A DNA stretch of 64,000 bases, taken from contig JAAVZT010000036.1 in NCBI GenBank assembly GCA_022791775.1, forward strand, positions 8,335-72,334, in the 5' to 3' direction. The DNA is from Bacilli bacterium. Its GTDB lineage: Bacteria > Bacillota_I > Bacilli_A > RF39 > UBA660. Positions 9,402-19,488 of this stretch are shown one piece after another. The notes below the pieces were generated by a model. It ran no database searches. It saw only the letters and a program-made list of their open reading frames with translations, and was not told where the DNA came from. The number at the start of each line of letters is the position of its first letter. Positions within the stretch are counted from its first letter, which is position 1. A program made the translations under genes and the position numbers.

Positions 9402-10929
9402 ACTAAAAGATAAAATGACACTTCATCCAATTATGACTTTGCTTTTATTATCTAGTGTAACAATCCTTTTAAGTAGCTTCTTATCTGTAATGGGTTTTCA
9501 AGCAATTCAATATAAAATAAATCAAAATACTTTAGAATATTCTACTGAATTAATTAAAGTTGAAAATCTATTATCTTTTGATGGATTAAAATATATTTTT
9601 AGTTCAACAGTAGCAAACTTTGTTGCTTTTACACCGTTAAGTAGTTTAATTATAATTTTAATTGGGATTGGTGTCATGGAAAAAAGTGGATTTTTAAAAA
9701 CCGCTTTATCATTATTAACAAAAAAAATGAAAAAAAATACAGTCACATTTCTAATTGTATTTGTTAGTGTGATAGCCTCGTTTATGGGTGATTTATCATA
9801 TGTTATAATGATACCAATAAGTGCCTTAATTTTTAAATATGGAAAAAGAAATCCATTAATTGGAATCATTGCATCATTTGCAGGTTTAACTTGTGGGAGT
9901 GGACTAAGTTTTTTTATTACTAGTATTGATAGTACTTTAATATCCACAACGATATTAGGTGCGAAGGTAATCGATAGCAGCTTTCGTTTTGCTACCACCA
10001 GTTTTTGGTTTATTATGTTTGTATCTATTTTATTGATATCTATTGCAATCACGATGATTACAGAAAGATATCTTGTAAATAAAATTGATAAATATGAAAT
10101 TCCAGAAACGGAAATCGAAGAATTAAAAACAACAAGAAAAGAAGTTAAGGGTTTAATTTATAGTGGAATAGCTGGATTAGTTTATGTGTTGTTCTTTATA
10201 TATCAGGTGATTCCAGGGCTTCCATTAAGTGGAAATTTATTAGACCATAGTCAAACCTTTTTTATAGATAAGTTATTTAGTTACAATTCTTTTTTTAGTA
10301 ACGGTTTTGTATTTGTTGTTACCATGTTTTTCGTAATACTAGGTTTTTTCTATGGTATGGGAGCCAAGACAATAAAAAATAATAAAGAATTTGTTGATAC
10401 ACTAGGACACTCTGTAGATGGAATTGGAAAAGCTTTAGTATTGATCTTTTTTGCTTCTACATTTATTAGCTTATTTCGATATACGAATATTGGTACAATT
10501 ATAAACATTCATTTAGGTCGTTTGATTACAAGCTTAAATTTTACGGGAATACCATTAATTATTTTATTGTTTTTATTGAGTGGTATTGCAACAATTTTTA
10601 TCCCCTCTTCTATTAGTAAATGGACTATCTTTGCAGCTACTGTAATTCCCACCTTTATGAATGCTGGATTTACGCCTCAATTTACACAAATAATCTTTCG
10701 TTTTGGGGAATGTTTAACAATGGGACTTACCCCATTAATGGCATATTTTGTTATATATTTGGCCATGATTGATAAATTTAATACAACAGATAAGCCAATT
10801 GGTTTGTTTAAATCTATTCGTTATCAACTTCCATATAGTATTATTTGTGGAGGATTATTATTAGCAATTTTAATTGGTTGGTATATGATCGGCTTGCCGA
10901 TTGGAATCAATGGAGTCGCAGTATTATAA
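9388..10929 (+). CDS. AbgT-family transporter
   Basis: LHP N-terminal motif, VENLLSFDGL, FTPLSSL; about 500 aa and highly hydrophobic. Confidence 0.82.
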   Translation: MKVSKLKDKMTLHPIMTLLLLSSVTILLSSFLSVMGFQAIQYKINQNTLEYSTELIKVENLLSFDGLKYIFSSTVANFVAFTPLSSLIIILIGIGVMEKSGFLKTALSLLTKKMKKNTVTFLIVFVSVIASFMGDLSYVIMIPISALIFKYGKRNPLIGIIASFAGLTCGSGLSFFITSIDSTLISTTILGAKVIDSSFRFATTSFWFIMFVSILLISIAITMITERYLVNKIDKYEIPETEIEELKTTRKEVKGLIYSGIAGLVYVLFFIYQVIPGLPLSGNLLDHSQTFFIDKLFSYNSFFSNGFVFVVTMFFVILGFFYGMGAKTIKNNKEFVDTLGHSVDGIGKALVLIFFASTFISLFRYTNIGTIINIHLGRLITSLNFTGIPLIILLFLLSGIATIFIPSSISKWTIFAATVIPTFMNAGFTPQFTQIIFRFGECLTMGLTPLMAYFVIYLAMIDKFNTTDKPIGLFKSIRYQLPYSIICGGLLLAILIGWYMIGLPIGINGVAVL

Positions 10930-10945
10930 GAAAGGTGGTTTTGAA

Positions 10946-12046
10946 ATGGCTTTAAAAGCAGGAATTGTCGGGCTTCCAAACGTTGGGAAATCGACTCTTT
11001 TTAATGCAATTACGAAAAAAAATATATTAGCAGCAAATTATCCATTTGCAACAATTGATCCAAATATTGGAATGGTTACCGTTCCAGATTCTCGATTAGA
11101 ATTTTTAAGAGAACTGTATCTTCCAAAAAGTTTTGTACCAACATCGTTTGAATTTACAGATATAGCAGGATTAGTAAAAGGTGCCTCAAAAGGAGAAGGA
11201 CTTGGAAATAAATTTTTATCCCATATTCGGGAAGTAGATGCTATTGTTGAAGTTGTAAGATGTTTTAAAGATAATAATATTACTCATGTCGAAGGCGATG
11301 TAGATCCGATTAGAGATATTGAAATTATAAATGTTGAATTAATATTAGCAGATTTAGAAATTATTGAAAATCGTATTGAAAAAATAGCTAAAAAGGCAGA
11401 AACTACAAAAGATAAAGAAACTGTGTTAGAATATAATATTTTAAGAACATGCAAAGAAGCTTTAGAAAAAAATATTCCATTACGTTTAATTTCTTTGACA
11501 GAAGAAGAAAAATTAGTAATCAAAGCTTTCAACTTTATTACATTAAAACCTATTATATACGTAGCAAATGTAAGTGAAGAAGATATCATGCTAGGAAAAA
11601 ATGAATATACAAACAAAGTGTGTGAATATGCCGCACAAGAAAAGGCAGGCACAGTTATTATGTCTGCAAAAATTGAAAGTGAACTAGCTGAATTAGAAGA
11701 AAACGATAAAAAAGAATTTTTAAATGAATTGGGAATCACATCCAGTGGCTTAGATAAGCTCATTTTTGCCACGTACGAATTACTTGGATTACAAACTTTT
11801 TTTACAGTTGGAAAAGATGAAGTACGAGCTTGGACTTTTAAAAAAGGAATGAATGCCAAAAAATGTGCTGGATTGATTCACAGTGACATCGAAAGAGGCT
11901 TTATAAAAGCAGAAATAATGAAATTCCAAGATTTAGAAAACTTACGAGAAGAAAAAAAAGTCCAAGAAGCAGGAAAATTAAATCTAGAAGGAAAAGATTA
12001 TTTTATGCAAGATGGAGATATTGTTTATTTTCGATTTAATGTATAA
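10946..12046 (+). CDS. ychF: Redox-regulated ATPase YchF
   Basis: GIVGLPNVGKST, ANYPFATI, DIAGLVKGASKGEGLGNKFL; start ATG 10946 after AAAGGTGG. Confidence 0.97.
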   Translation: MALKAGIVGLPNVGKSTLFNAITKKNILAANYPFATIDPNIGMVTVPDSRLEFLRELYLPKSFVPTSFEFTDIAGLVKGASKGEGLGNKFLSHIREVDAIVEVVRCFKDNNITHVEGDVDPIRDIEIINVELILADLEIIENRIEKIAKKAETTKDKETVLEYNILRTCKEALEKNIPLRLISLTEEEKLVIKAFNFITLKPIIYVANVSEEDIMLGKNEYTNKVCEYAAQEKAGTVIMSAKIESELAELEENDKKEFLNELGITSSGLDKLIFATYELLGLQTFFTVGKDEVRAWTFKKGMNAKKCAGLIHSDIERGFIKAEIMKFQDLENLREEKKVQEAGKLNLEGKDYFMQDGDIVYFRFNV

Positions 12047-12116
12047 AATACTTATAAATTTACAAATTATAGGAATAATGCTATAATATGCATATAATTT
12101 TGTAAGGAGGATTTTT

Positions 12117-12767
12117 ATGGAAAATGAAAATAAATTAATTCCAAAAGTTTTATTATGGATGACACTTGGTTTATTTGTAACTTTTGCAACTGGATATGTT
12201 GTATCATTAAATGATACTATGTTATTAAATATTTTTACTTCTGGATTTTATTGGGTATTTATCATTGCAGAATTAATATTAGTAATTGTATTATCTGCTC
12301 GTATCACGAAAATGAAAGGAACTACTGCAAAAATATGCTTTATTCTCTATGCTTTTATTAGTGGTTTAACATTTTCATCGATATTCATAGTCTATGAATT
12401 AATGTCTATATTTTACGTATTTTTAATCGCTGCCATCGTATTTGCCATTTTTGCAGCAATTGGTTATTTTACTGACTTAGATTTGACAAACATCGGAAGT
12501 CTATTATTAATGGGATTGGTCGCAGTTGTAATATGTATGATCATGAATATTTTTATTGGAAGTGAAAAGTTTAATTTAGTACTTTCTATTATATCGATTG
12601 CTATTTTTATTGGATTTACCGCTTATGATATTCAAAAAATCAAACGCTTAGAAAATAGTGGTTTACCAGAAGAAAATTTAGCCATATACGGAGCTTTAGA
12701 ATTATATTTAGATTTTATAAATATATTCTTAGATTTATTAAAACTAATTGGAGAATCCAAAGATTAA
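12117..12767 (+). CDS. Bax inhibitor-1/YccA family membrane protein
   Basis: Seven TM segments, FTAYDIQKIK and ALELYLDFINIF motifs; own promoter TTTACA-17-TATAAT (12059-12087). Confidence 0.9.
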   Translation: MENENKLIPKVLLWMTLGLFVTFATGYVVSLNDTMLLNIFTSGFYWVFIIAELILVIVLSARITKMKGTTAKICFILYAFISGLTFSSIFIVYELMSIFYVFLIAAIVFAIFAAIGYFTDLDLTNIGSLLLMGLVAVVICMIMNIFIGSEKFNLVLSIISIAIFIGFTAYDIQKIKRLENSGLPEENLAIYGALELYLDFINIFLDLLKLIGESKD

Positions 12768-12886
12768 CACATTTTATTGTGTTTTTTTATATTATAAATG
12801 AAAAATAATTAGTTTGCTCAAAATATTGTAATAAAAAAACATATATTCATGATGTAAGAATATAATGAATTACAGAAAATAAAGCG

Positions 12887-12915
12887 TTTACAAGTAAATA
12901 CTTTTCTGTTATAAT
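12887..12915 (+). promoter_or_regulatory. Sigma-A promoter of rpsF-ssb-rpsR
   Basis: TTTACA-17 bp-TATAAT with TG extension. Confidence 0.8.
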
Positions 12916-12935
12916 CTTTAACGAGTAAGAGATTA

Positions 12936-12981
12936 CTCCTTGCTTTAAACAAAGATTTAAAGCCGCAAAGACCATAAGGAG
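12936..12981 (+). ncRNA. S6:S18 ribosomal protein leader (rpsF 5' UTR)
   Basis: CTCCTT pairs with SD AAGGAG; inner GCTTTAAA/TTTAAAGC stem; unpaired CCG at 12963-12965. Confidence 0.85.
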
Positions 12982-12989
12982 GTGTAAAA

Positions 12990-13280
12990 ATGAACAAATA
13001 TGAAATTATGTTTATTGTAAAAGCTACAGAAGAAAGTGCAAACATAAAAAAGACTGCCGAAAGTACAAAAACAATCTTGACAAATGAAAAAGCAAATGTG
13101 ATAGATTTCAAAGAATTGGGTGAAAAAAAATTAGCTTATCCAATCAAAAAAGAGATCAACGGGTATTACTATGTTATGCAAGTTGAAGCATCAAAAGAAG
13201 CGATTACAGAATTTGATCGTAAGATTAAATTAGATGAAAATATTTTAAGACATTTAATTATTAGATTAGACGAGGAGTAA
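12990..13280 (+). CDS. rpsF: 30S ribosomal protein S6
   Basis: KYEIMFI, GEKKLAYPIKK, ILRHLII. Confidence 0.97.
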   Translation: MNKYEIMFIVKATEESANIKKTAESTKTILTNEKANVIDFKELGEKKLAYPIKKEINGYYYVMQVEASKEAITEFDRKIKLDENILRHLIIRLDEE

Positions 13281-13283
13281 AAA

Positions 13284-13769
13284 ATGAATAAAGTAATTTT
13301 AATTGGAAGACTTGCAAGAGACCCAGAAATGCGTACTACAGCTACAGGAACAACAGTGACAAGATTTACAATTGCCGTTTCAAGACCATTTACCGCACAA
13401 AATGGTGAAAGAGGAACAGATTTTATTAACTGTATTGCATGGAGAAGACAAGCAGAAAATATTGCAAAATACTGTACCAAAGGTAGCCAAGTAGCATTAG
13501 AGGGTAGAATACAAACTGGAAGTTACGATGGAACAGATGGAACAAAACGTTATACAACCGATATTATTGCTGATAATGTAACGTTCTTAGGAACAAAAGG
13601 AAACAATGAAAACAATAGTTTTTCATCGAATGATCCATTTCCACAAGAAATTCCTGCTTATCAAGACTCATATGCAACGTCATCTGCCCCTACAGCTAAT
13701 ATAGGAGAAGATCCATTTAAAGACTTTGGTTCAGAAATTGCCTTATCTGATGATGACTTACCATTTTAA
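13284..13769 (+). CDS. ssb: Single-stranded DNA-binding protein
   Basis: MNKVILIGRL OB fold, acidic DDDLPF tip. Confidence 0.98.
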   Translation: MNKVILIGRLARDPEMRTTATGTTVTRFTIAVSRPFTAQNGERGTDFINCIAWRRQAENIAKYCTKGSQVALEGRIQTGSYDGTDGTKRYTTDIIADNVTFLGTKGNNENNSFSSNDPFPQEIPAYQDSYATSSAPTANIGEDPFKDFGSEIALSDDDLPF

Positions 13770-13786
13770 GAGAAAGGAGAACAAAA

Positions 13787-14002
13787 ATGGCTGAATTTAG
13801 ACGAAAAAAGAAAAAGATTTGTCAAATGTGTGCTGGAAAAAGTGTAGATTATAAAGACGTAATGATCATTAATAAATATATTAATGAAAAAGGAAAAATC
13901 ATGCCAAGACGAATGACCGGAGCTTGTGCAAAACATCAAAGACATATTGCAGAACAAATTAAATATGCAAGATTTATGGCTTTAATTCCATTTGTAAAGT
14001 AA
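13787..14002 (+). CDS. rpsR: 30S ribosomal protein S18
   Basis: DYKD, GKIMPRRMTGACAKHQR, ARFMALIPF. Confidence 0.97.
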   Translation: MAEFRRKKKKICQMCAGKSVDYKDVMIINKYINEKGKIMPRRMTGACAKHQRHIAEQIKYARFMALIPFVK

Positions 14003-14024
14003 AAACCTCATTGAAGGTTTTTTT
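14001..14024 (+). terminator. Intrinsic terminator after rpsR
   Basis: AAAAACCT-cattga-AGGTTTTT then T tract. Confidence 0.75.
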
Positions 14025-14053
14025 AATAGCTAAAAAATGTTACAATAAGTAAT

Positions 14054-14908
14054 ATGATGAATGGAAAACGAAAAAATGGCTTTTTACAAATAGATAATTA
14101 TGAAGTAATTCGTGATTGCAGTATGGAAGAGGGACAAAATGCTTTTGATTGGTTCAAATGGAATCAAACAGAATATTTATTTAAAATTGGTAGTCCAGAA
14201 GACTGTTTTTATGAATACTTTTGGAATCAAATATTAAAAGAAATAAATGTGGATACTGTAGATTATGAGATGGCAGAACACCGTGGCTTTTTTGGATTAA
14301 TTTCACCAAATTATAATTCTAATAACTTACCTAAAAAATCAATTGCGGAATTATTATATCTTTATAAATCTTTTTTACAAAAAGAAAAAGAAATAAAAAA
14401 AAGTGTGGATGAATTATATAATTTAAAAGATATAAAACAAATGATTGATTGGTATTTTCAAAAAGAAAAAAATGAAATCAAAGAATCATTAAAAGATTGT
14501 GCAATTTTTCGATTTATTATTCAAATAATTTGTGGAGATAAAGATCTTCATGCGAGAAATATAGAGATTTATTCCAAAGACCAACCTGTTTTGTCCCCTA
14601 TTTTCGACTTAAGAGAATATGGAAAAATGCATACGCAACAGCAAGAATATCGTTTAAAATTAAATTACACAAAAGAGTTTGAATCTCCTACCAAAACGAT
14701 TTGTAAATTTATAAAAACGGCATCTCAAAAAGAAAAAGAATTATTACAAGAACATTTAGAAAAATTACAACAAATTAAAGTAAAAAAAATGATGGCTCAT
14801 ATTGCTGAAAAATTAGAAATAAAAATATCACCTTTTTCAAAAATGTACTATCAATATATATTAAAAAGAACGATAAAAAATGTAGAAACATATACTCGGA
14901 AAATCTAG
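14054..14908 (+). CDS. HipA-like (HipA_C/CtkA-type) Ser/Thr kinase
   Basis: YLFK (beta3 Lys), FYE (alphaC Glu), GLISPNY, DKDLHARN catalytic loop, LSPIFD Mg-binding motif. Confidence 0.72.
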   Translation: MMNGKRKNGFLQIDNYEVIRDCSMEEGQNAFDWFKWNQTEYLFKIGSPEDCFYEYFWNQILKEINVDTVDYEMAEHRGFFGLISPNYNSNNLPKKSIAELLYLYKSFLQKEKEIKKSVDELYNLKDIKQMIDWYFQKEKNEIKESLKDCAIFRFIIQIICGDKDLHARNIEIYSKDQPVLSPIFDLREYGKMHTQQQEYRLKLNYTKEFESPTKTICKFIKTASQKEKELLQEHLEKLQQIKVKKMMAHIAEKLEIKISPFSKMYYQYILKRTIKNVETYTRKI

Positions 14909-14969
14909 GATTATAGTTTCTAAATGAAAAGATATTTGCTATAATAAAAGTTACGAAAGGAGAATTATT

Positions 14970-15410
14970 ATGAAAGTAATCCTACTAAAAGATGTAAAAA
15001 AACAAGGAAAAAAAGATGAAATTATTAACGTATCCGATGGATATGCTAATAACTTTTTAATCAAAAATGGTCTAGCAGTTCCTGTAACAGAAGGAAGTAA
15101 AAAAATATTAGATCAAGAATTAAAAGAACGCCAACGAGAAGAAGAAGCTATGATCAAACAATATGAGGAAATGCGAGATAGTTTAGTTCAAAAAGAAATT
15201 GTTTACCAAGTAAAGACAGGAAAAGAAGATCGTGTATTTGGGAACATATCAACAAAACAAATTAGTGAATCCTTAAAAAAAATGGGTTATCAAATTGATA
15301 AAAAATGTATAAAAATAATGTCTCCTATTGATTCATTAGGAACGCATTTGGTAAAAATAGAACTGCATAGAAAAGTGGAATTCCAAATTAAAATTGTATT
15401 AAAGAAGTAG
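14970..15410 (+). CDS. rplI: 50S ribosomal protein L9
   Basis: [29 protein letters not shown]. Confidence 0.98.
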   Translation: MKVILLKDVKKQGKKDEIINVSDGYANNFLIKNGLAVPVTEGSKKILDQELKERQREEEAMIKQYEEMRDSLVQKEIVYQVKTGKEDRVFGNISTKQISESLKKMGYQIDKKCIKIMSPIDSLGTHLVKIELHRKVEFQIKIVLKK

Positions 15411-15418
15411 GTGGTGTA

Positions 15419-16768
15419 ATGGCTACAAGAAGAATGCCTCAAAATTTAGAAGCAGAAATGAGTGTTTTAGGAGTAGCATTTTTAAACGAATATGCCATGG
15501 AGAAAATTGTAGAAGAGATAGATTGCGAAATGTTTTTTTCAGAAGCGAATCAAAAAATATTTGAAGCATTAAAAAGTCTTCACAAAGAATCAACCCCTAT
15601 TGATATTACTACCGTAAAAAATGAATTAGATAAACAAAAAAATTTAAATGCAATCGGTGGAATTGAGTATTTAAGTGAAGTGATCGATTCAGTAGCCACA
15701 ACAGCTAATTTAGAATATTATATTCAAATCGTGAGAGAAAAAGCAACAAGACGCAAATTAATTAATACTGCCACCAACATTATTACAGATACCTATGAAG
15801 AAGATAAAGACTTAACTATGTTATTAGATCGCGCTGAAAAAAATATTTTAAATGTTGTAAAAACAAGAAAAACAAGCGAATTAATTCCAATTGGGACTGC
15901 TCTTCGTCAAGCTCAAGAAAATTTAGAATTAATGGCCAAAAATAAAAGTGCAATCACAGGATTAACGACTGGATTTTATGATTTAGATCGTGCTACTGCA
16001 GGTCTTCATGAAGGAGAATTAATTATTATTGCAGCTAGACCTGGTATGGGAAAAACAGCCTTTGCTTTAAATCTAGCTTGTAATGCAGCGTTTAGTACCG
16101 AAAAATCTGTTGCCATATTTAACTTAGAAATGTCTGCAGAACAATTGGTAAATCGAATGATTAGTTCAGTAGGTCAAATTGAAGGCGATAAATTGAAAAC
16201 AGGAATGTTAGGTCATAATGACTGGAAAAGATATAATGAAGCGTTAAGTGAACTTGCAGATACTAATATTTATATTGAAGATAATGCGGGAATTACTGCC
16301 CCTGAAATTAGAGCTAAATGTCGCCGTTTAGCATCAAGCGAAAAGGGATTAGGTCTCATTATTATTGATTATTTACAGTTGGTAACCACAGGAGGGCGTC
16401 CTGAATCACGACAAGTGGAAGTGTCTGAAATATCTCGTTCTTTTAAAACGATGGCGATGGAACTAAAAGTTCCCGTAATTGCCTTAGCACAATTATCTAG
16501 AAATGCTGAACGAAGAGAATCCAATCAACCACGCTTGGCAGATTTAAGAGAATCTGGATCAATTGAGCAAGACGCCGATTTAGTAATTTTTATTAATCGT
16601 CAAGATTACTACGAAAATAAAACATCTGAAAACAAGCAAAATATTGTTCCAACCGATTTAATTATTGCAAAACATCGTCGAGGAGGAACAGGACTATACC
16701 AGTTATTATTTGAATTAGATAAAAGTAGTTTTAAAAATTATTTAAAAACGGATGAGGAAGGATTTTAA
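15419..16768 (+). CDS. dnaB: Replicative DNA helicase (DnaB; DnaC in Bacillus naming)
   Basis: AARPGMGKT, IIIDYLQL, LAQLSR, LRESGSIEQDAD. Confidence 0.98.
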   Translation: MATRRMPQNLEAEMSVLGVAFLNEYAMEKIVEEIDCEMFFSEANQKIFEALKSLHKESTPIDITTVKNELDKQKNLNAIGGIEYLSEVIDSVATTANLEYYIQIVREKATRRKLINTATNIITDTYEEDKDLTMLLDRAEKNILNVVKTRKTSELIPIGTALRQAQENLELMAKNKSAITGLTTGFYDLDRATAGLHEGELIIIAARPGMGKTAFALNLACNAAFSTEKSVAIFNLEMSAEQLVNRMISSVGQIEGDKLKTGMLGHNDWKRYNEALSELADTNIYIEDNAGITAPEIRAKCRRLASSEKGLGLIIIDYLQLVTTGGRPESRQVEVSEISRSFKTMAMELKVPVIALAQLSRNAERRESNQPRLADLRESGSIEQDADLVIFINRQDYYENKTSENKQNIVPTDLIIAKHRRGGTGLYQLLFELDKSSFKNYLKTDEEGF

Positions 16769-16774
16769 AGATTT

Positions 16775-18283
16775 ATGAATCAAAAAGAAAAAATGATAAG
16801 TATAACAATTGCTTTAATTACAATCGTCATCTTAATTTTATTTGGATTTGATAATCATTTCAAAGACCATTCAAAAACCGTTTATCAAGTTTATTTAGAT
16901 GGTCAAAAATTAGGATTAATCATAGATCAAAACGAATTATTAGAATTAATTAATGAAGAGCAAAAAGATATAAAAAACGCTTATAAAGTAGATAAAGTTT
17001 ATCCTCCAAATGGTTTTGAAATAAAAAAATATAAAACCTATAATGAAAACATTACAACAGCAAGTGATATATATAATAAAGTCAAAGAAAAGGGGGATTT
17101 CACGGTTAAAGGATATACTATTACAATTACTAGTCCCAAAACGGAAGAAAAAGAAGAACAAATTAGGCAAATTTATGTTTTAGATGATCAAGTATTTAAA
17201 GACGCATTAGAAAAATTGATTTTAGCTTTCGTGGACGAAGAAGATTATCGAAACTATATAAATAATTCACAAGAAGAAATTACAACTGTTGGGAAAGTAA
17301 TTGAACATATGTATTTTGAAGAAACAATTACGATAAAAGAATCAAATATTAGTGTAAATGATAAAATATATACAGATCCGACTGAATTAGGAAAATTCTT
17401 ATTATTTGGAAAAGAAGAAGTAAAAAATAATTATACGATCCAAAAAGGAGATACCATTGCAAGTATTTCAGAAGCGAACAAATTAAATACAAAAGAATTT
17501 TTAATTGCAAATCCTAGATTCAAAAGTGAAGAAAGTTTGTTGGCCATTGGAGAAGAAGTTTCCATTGATTTGATTTCTCCAATTTTGACATTAGTAGAAG
17601 AATTACATATTGTGGAAGATACAGAACAAATCTATGAAAAAGAAGAAATACGCGATAATTCAAAACCATCTAATTATAAAGAAGTAACACAAGCTGGAGT
17701 AACGGGAATTGTAAGAACTACCCAAGAAGTAAAAATGACGAATGGTGAACGTGGGCAAGGAGCAGTAGTAATTAGTACTGTGACATTACGAGAAGCAGTA
17801 AATGAAATTACAACACTTGGAAAAAAAGCATACGGATATCAAGTTGATACAGGAAAAGATTGGGGATGGCCAACAAATCGTCCATACATTATAACATCAA
17901 ATTTTGAATGGCGTTGGGGACAATTCCACAATGCAATTGACATATCAGGAACTGGCTTCGGTTCTCCAATTTATGTAGCTAAATCTGGGAAAGTAGTTCA
18001 ATTAAATAATAATTGTCCAAACAATGGATATTACGGGTCATGGTGTGGTATGAGTTATGGAAATTACATTATTGTGGAGCATGAGAACAATTTCTATACA
18101 ATGTATGCGCATTTAACCAATGACCTCCAAGTTAGTCTTGGCGATACTGTAAATCGTGGACAAGTAATTGGGCTTATGGGAAATAGTGGATCATCTACTG
18201 GAACTCATCTTCACTTTGGAGTCTCAAAAGGTCTTCCACACCAACCTGGAAGTCGATGGATTAGTCCTTGGAGCTTGTACTAA
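16775..18283 (+). CDS. Membrane-anchored LysM/G5/M23 peptidase
   Basis: N-terminal TM; YTIQKGDTIASIS LysM; VTQAGVTG G5-like; HNAID and HLH zinc motifs intact. Confidence 0.85.
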   Translation: MNQKEKMISITIALITIVILILFGFDNHFKDHSKTVYQVYLDGQKLGLIIDQNELLELINEEQKDIKNAYKVDKVYPPNGFEIKKYKTYNENITTASDIYNKVKEKGDFTVKGYTITITSPKTEEKEEQIRQIYVLDDQVFKDALEKLILAFVDEEDYRNYINNSQEEITTVGKVIEHMYFEETITIKESNISVNDKIYTDPTELGKFLLFGKEEVKNNYTIQKGDTIASISEANKLNTKEFLIANPRFKSEESLLAIGEEVSIDLISPILTLVEELHIVEDTEQIYEKEEIRDNSKPSNYKEVTQAGVTGIVRTTQEVKMTNGERGQGAVVISTVTLREAVNEITTLGKKAYGYQVDTGKDWGWPTNRPYIITSNFEWRWGQFHNAIDISGTGFGSPIYVAKSGKVVQLNNNCPNNGYYGSWCGMSYGNYIIVEHENNFYTMYAHLTNDLQVSLGDTVNRGQVIGLMGNSGSSTGTHLHFGVSKGLPHQPGSRWISPWSLY

Positions 18284-19047
18284 TGAAAATATGTGTATTA
18301 GCGAGTGGTTCTGAAGGAAATTCAACCTTCCTTTCGACAGGCCAGCATAAAATATTAATTGATATGGGAAAAAATATGAAATACATTACTGAAAAATTAA
18401 AAGAAATAGGAGAAGATCCAGCTTCCATTGAAGCAATTATCATTAGCCATACCCATAACGATCATATTTCTTCTTTAGAACGATTTATCAAAAAATATCA
18501 TACTAAAGTATATATGACACAAAAAATGTTTTATGATTTAGAAAATTTGGAACAATATGAAAATATCATAATCTATGAAGAAGATATTAAAATAGATAAT
18601 TTAAAAATTCATTCTATAAAAACTTCTCATGATGTGAGTGACTCTAGAAATTTTATTATAGAAGAAAAGAATGATTCAGCTGTTTATTTAACGGATACAG
18701 GATATTTAAATCGAAAATATTTTGAATTATTAAAAAATAAGAATTATTATTTATTTGAAAGTAATCATGATATTGCCATGTTAATGAATGGGCCTTATCC
18801 AAAATGGTTAAAGACTAGAGTTTTAGGAACGTATGGGCATTTGTCTAATAAAGACGCCAGCTTTTATCTAACAAAACTAGTCGGAGAAAATACCAAAAAA
18901 ATTGTTCTAATGCACTTATCGCATAAAAATAATACGGAAGAAAAAGCGTTGCAAATGATCCATGATACCTTTAAAGAATATCAAATAGATTTTGAAAATA
19001 TTACTTGTGCTAGACAAAATGAAGTAACGAAGGTGTGCAATGATTAA
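18283..19047 (+). CDS. walJ: WalJ/YycJ-like metallo-beta-lactamase-fold nuclease
   Basis: VLASGSEGNS, SHTHNDHI, TDTGY, ESNHD, GHLSN, HLS; TAATG coupling to M23 gene. Confidence 0.85.
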   Translation: MKICVLASGSEGNSTFLSTGQHKILIDMGKNMKYITEKLKEIGEDPASIEAIIISHTHNDHISSLERFIKKYHTKVYMTQKMFYDLENLEQYENIIIYEEDIKIDNLKIHSIKTSHDVSDSRNFIIEEKNDSAVYLTDTGYLNRKYFELLKNKNYYLFESNHDIAMLMNGPYPKWLKTRVLGTYGHLSNKDASFYLTKLVGENTKKIVLMHLSHKNNTEEKALQMIHDTFKEYQIDFENITCARQNEVTKVCND

Positions 19048-19477
19048 AATTATTTGCGTAGGTAAAATAAAAGAACAATATTTAAAAGAAATGATAGAAG
19101 ACTATCAAAAAAGAATTTCAAAATATCACAAGCTGGAAATAATAGAAGTAAAAGATGAAAAAAATATCGAAAAAGAAACCGAAAACATTTTAAAGAAAAT
19201 AGATCCAAAAGATTATATTATTACGTTAGAAATAACAGGCAAAAAGTATACAAGTGAAATTTTTGCTGAACATCTAGAACAATTATTTTTAAAAACAAAT
19301 CAAATTACTTTTATAATTGGAAGTTCTTTTGGACTATCAAATATCATAAAAAATTTCAAAAAAGAAGATATATCTTTTTCTGATTTTACTTTTCCTCATG
19401 GATTATTTAGGGGGCTATTATTAGAGCAAATTTATCGTGCATTTAAAATTAATAATCACGAAACATATCACAAATAA
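19040..19477 (+). CDS. rlmH: 23S rRNA pseudouridine-1915 N3-methyltransferase
   Basis: ICVGKIKE, FIIGSSFGL, FTFPHGLFR.LLLEQIYRAFKI...YHK. Confidence 0.95.
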   Translation: MIKIICVGKIKEQYLKEMIEDYQKRISKYHKLEIIEVKDEKNIEKETENILKKIDPKDYIITLEITGKKYTSEIFAEHLEQLFLKTNQITFIIGSSFGLSNIIKNFKKEDISFSDFTFPHGLFRGLLLEQIYRAFKINNHETYHK

Positions 19478-19488
19478 AGGAGTACAAA

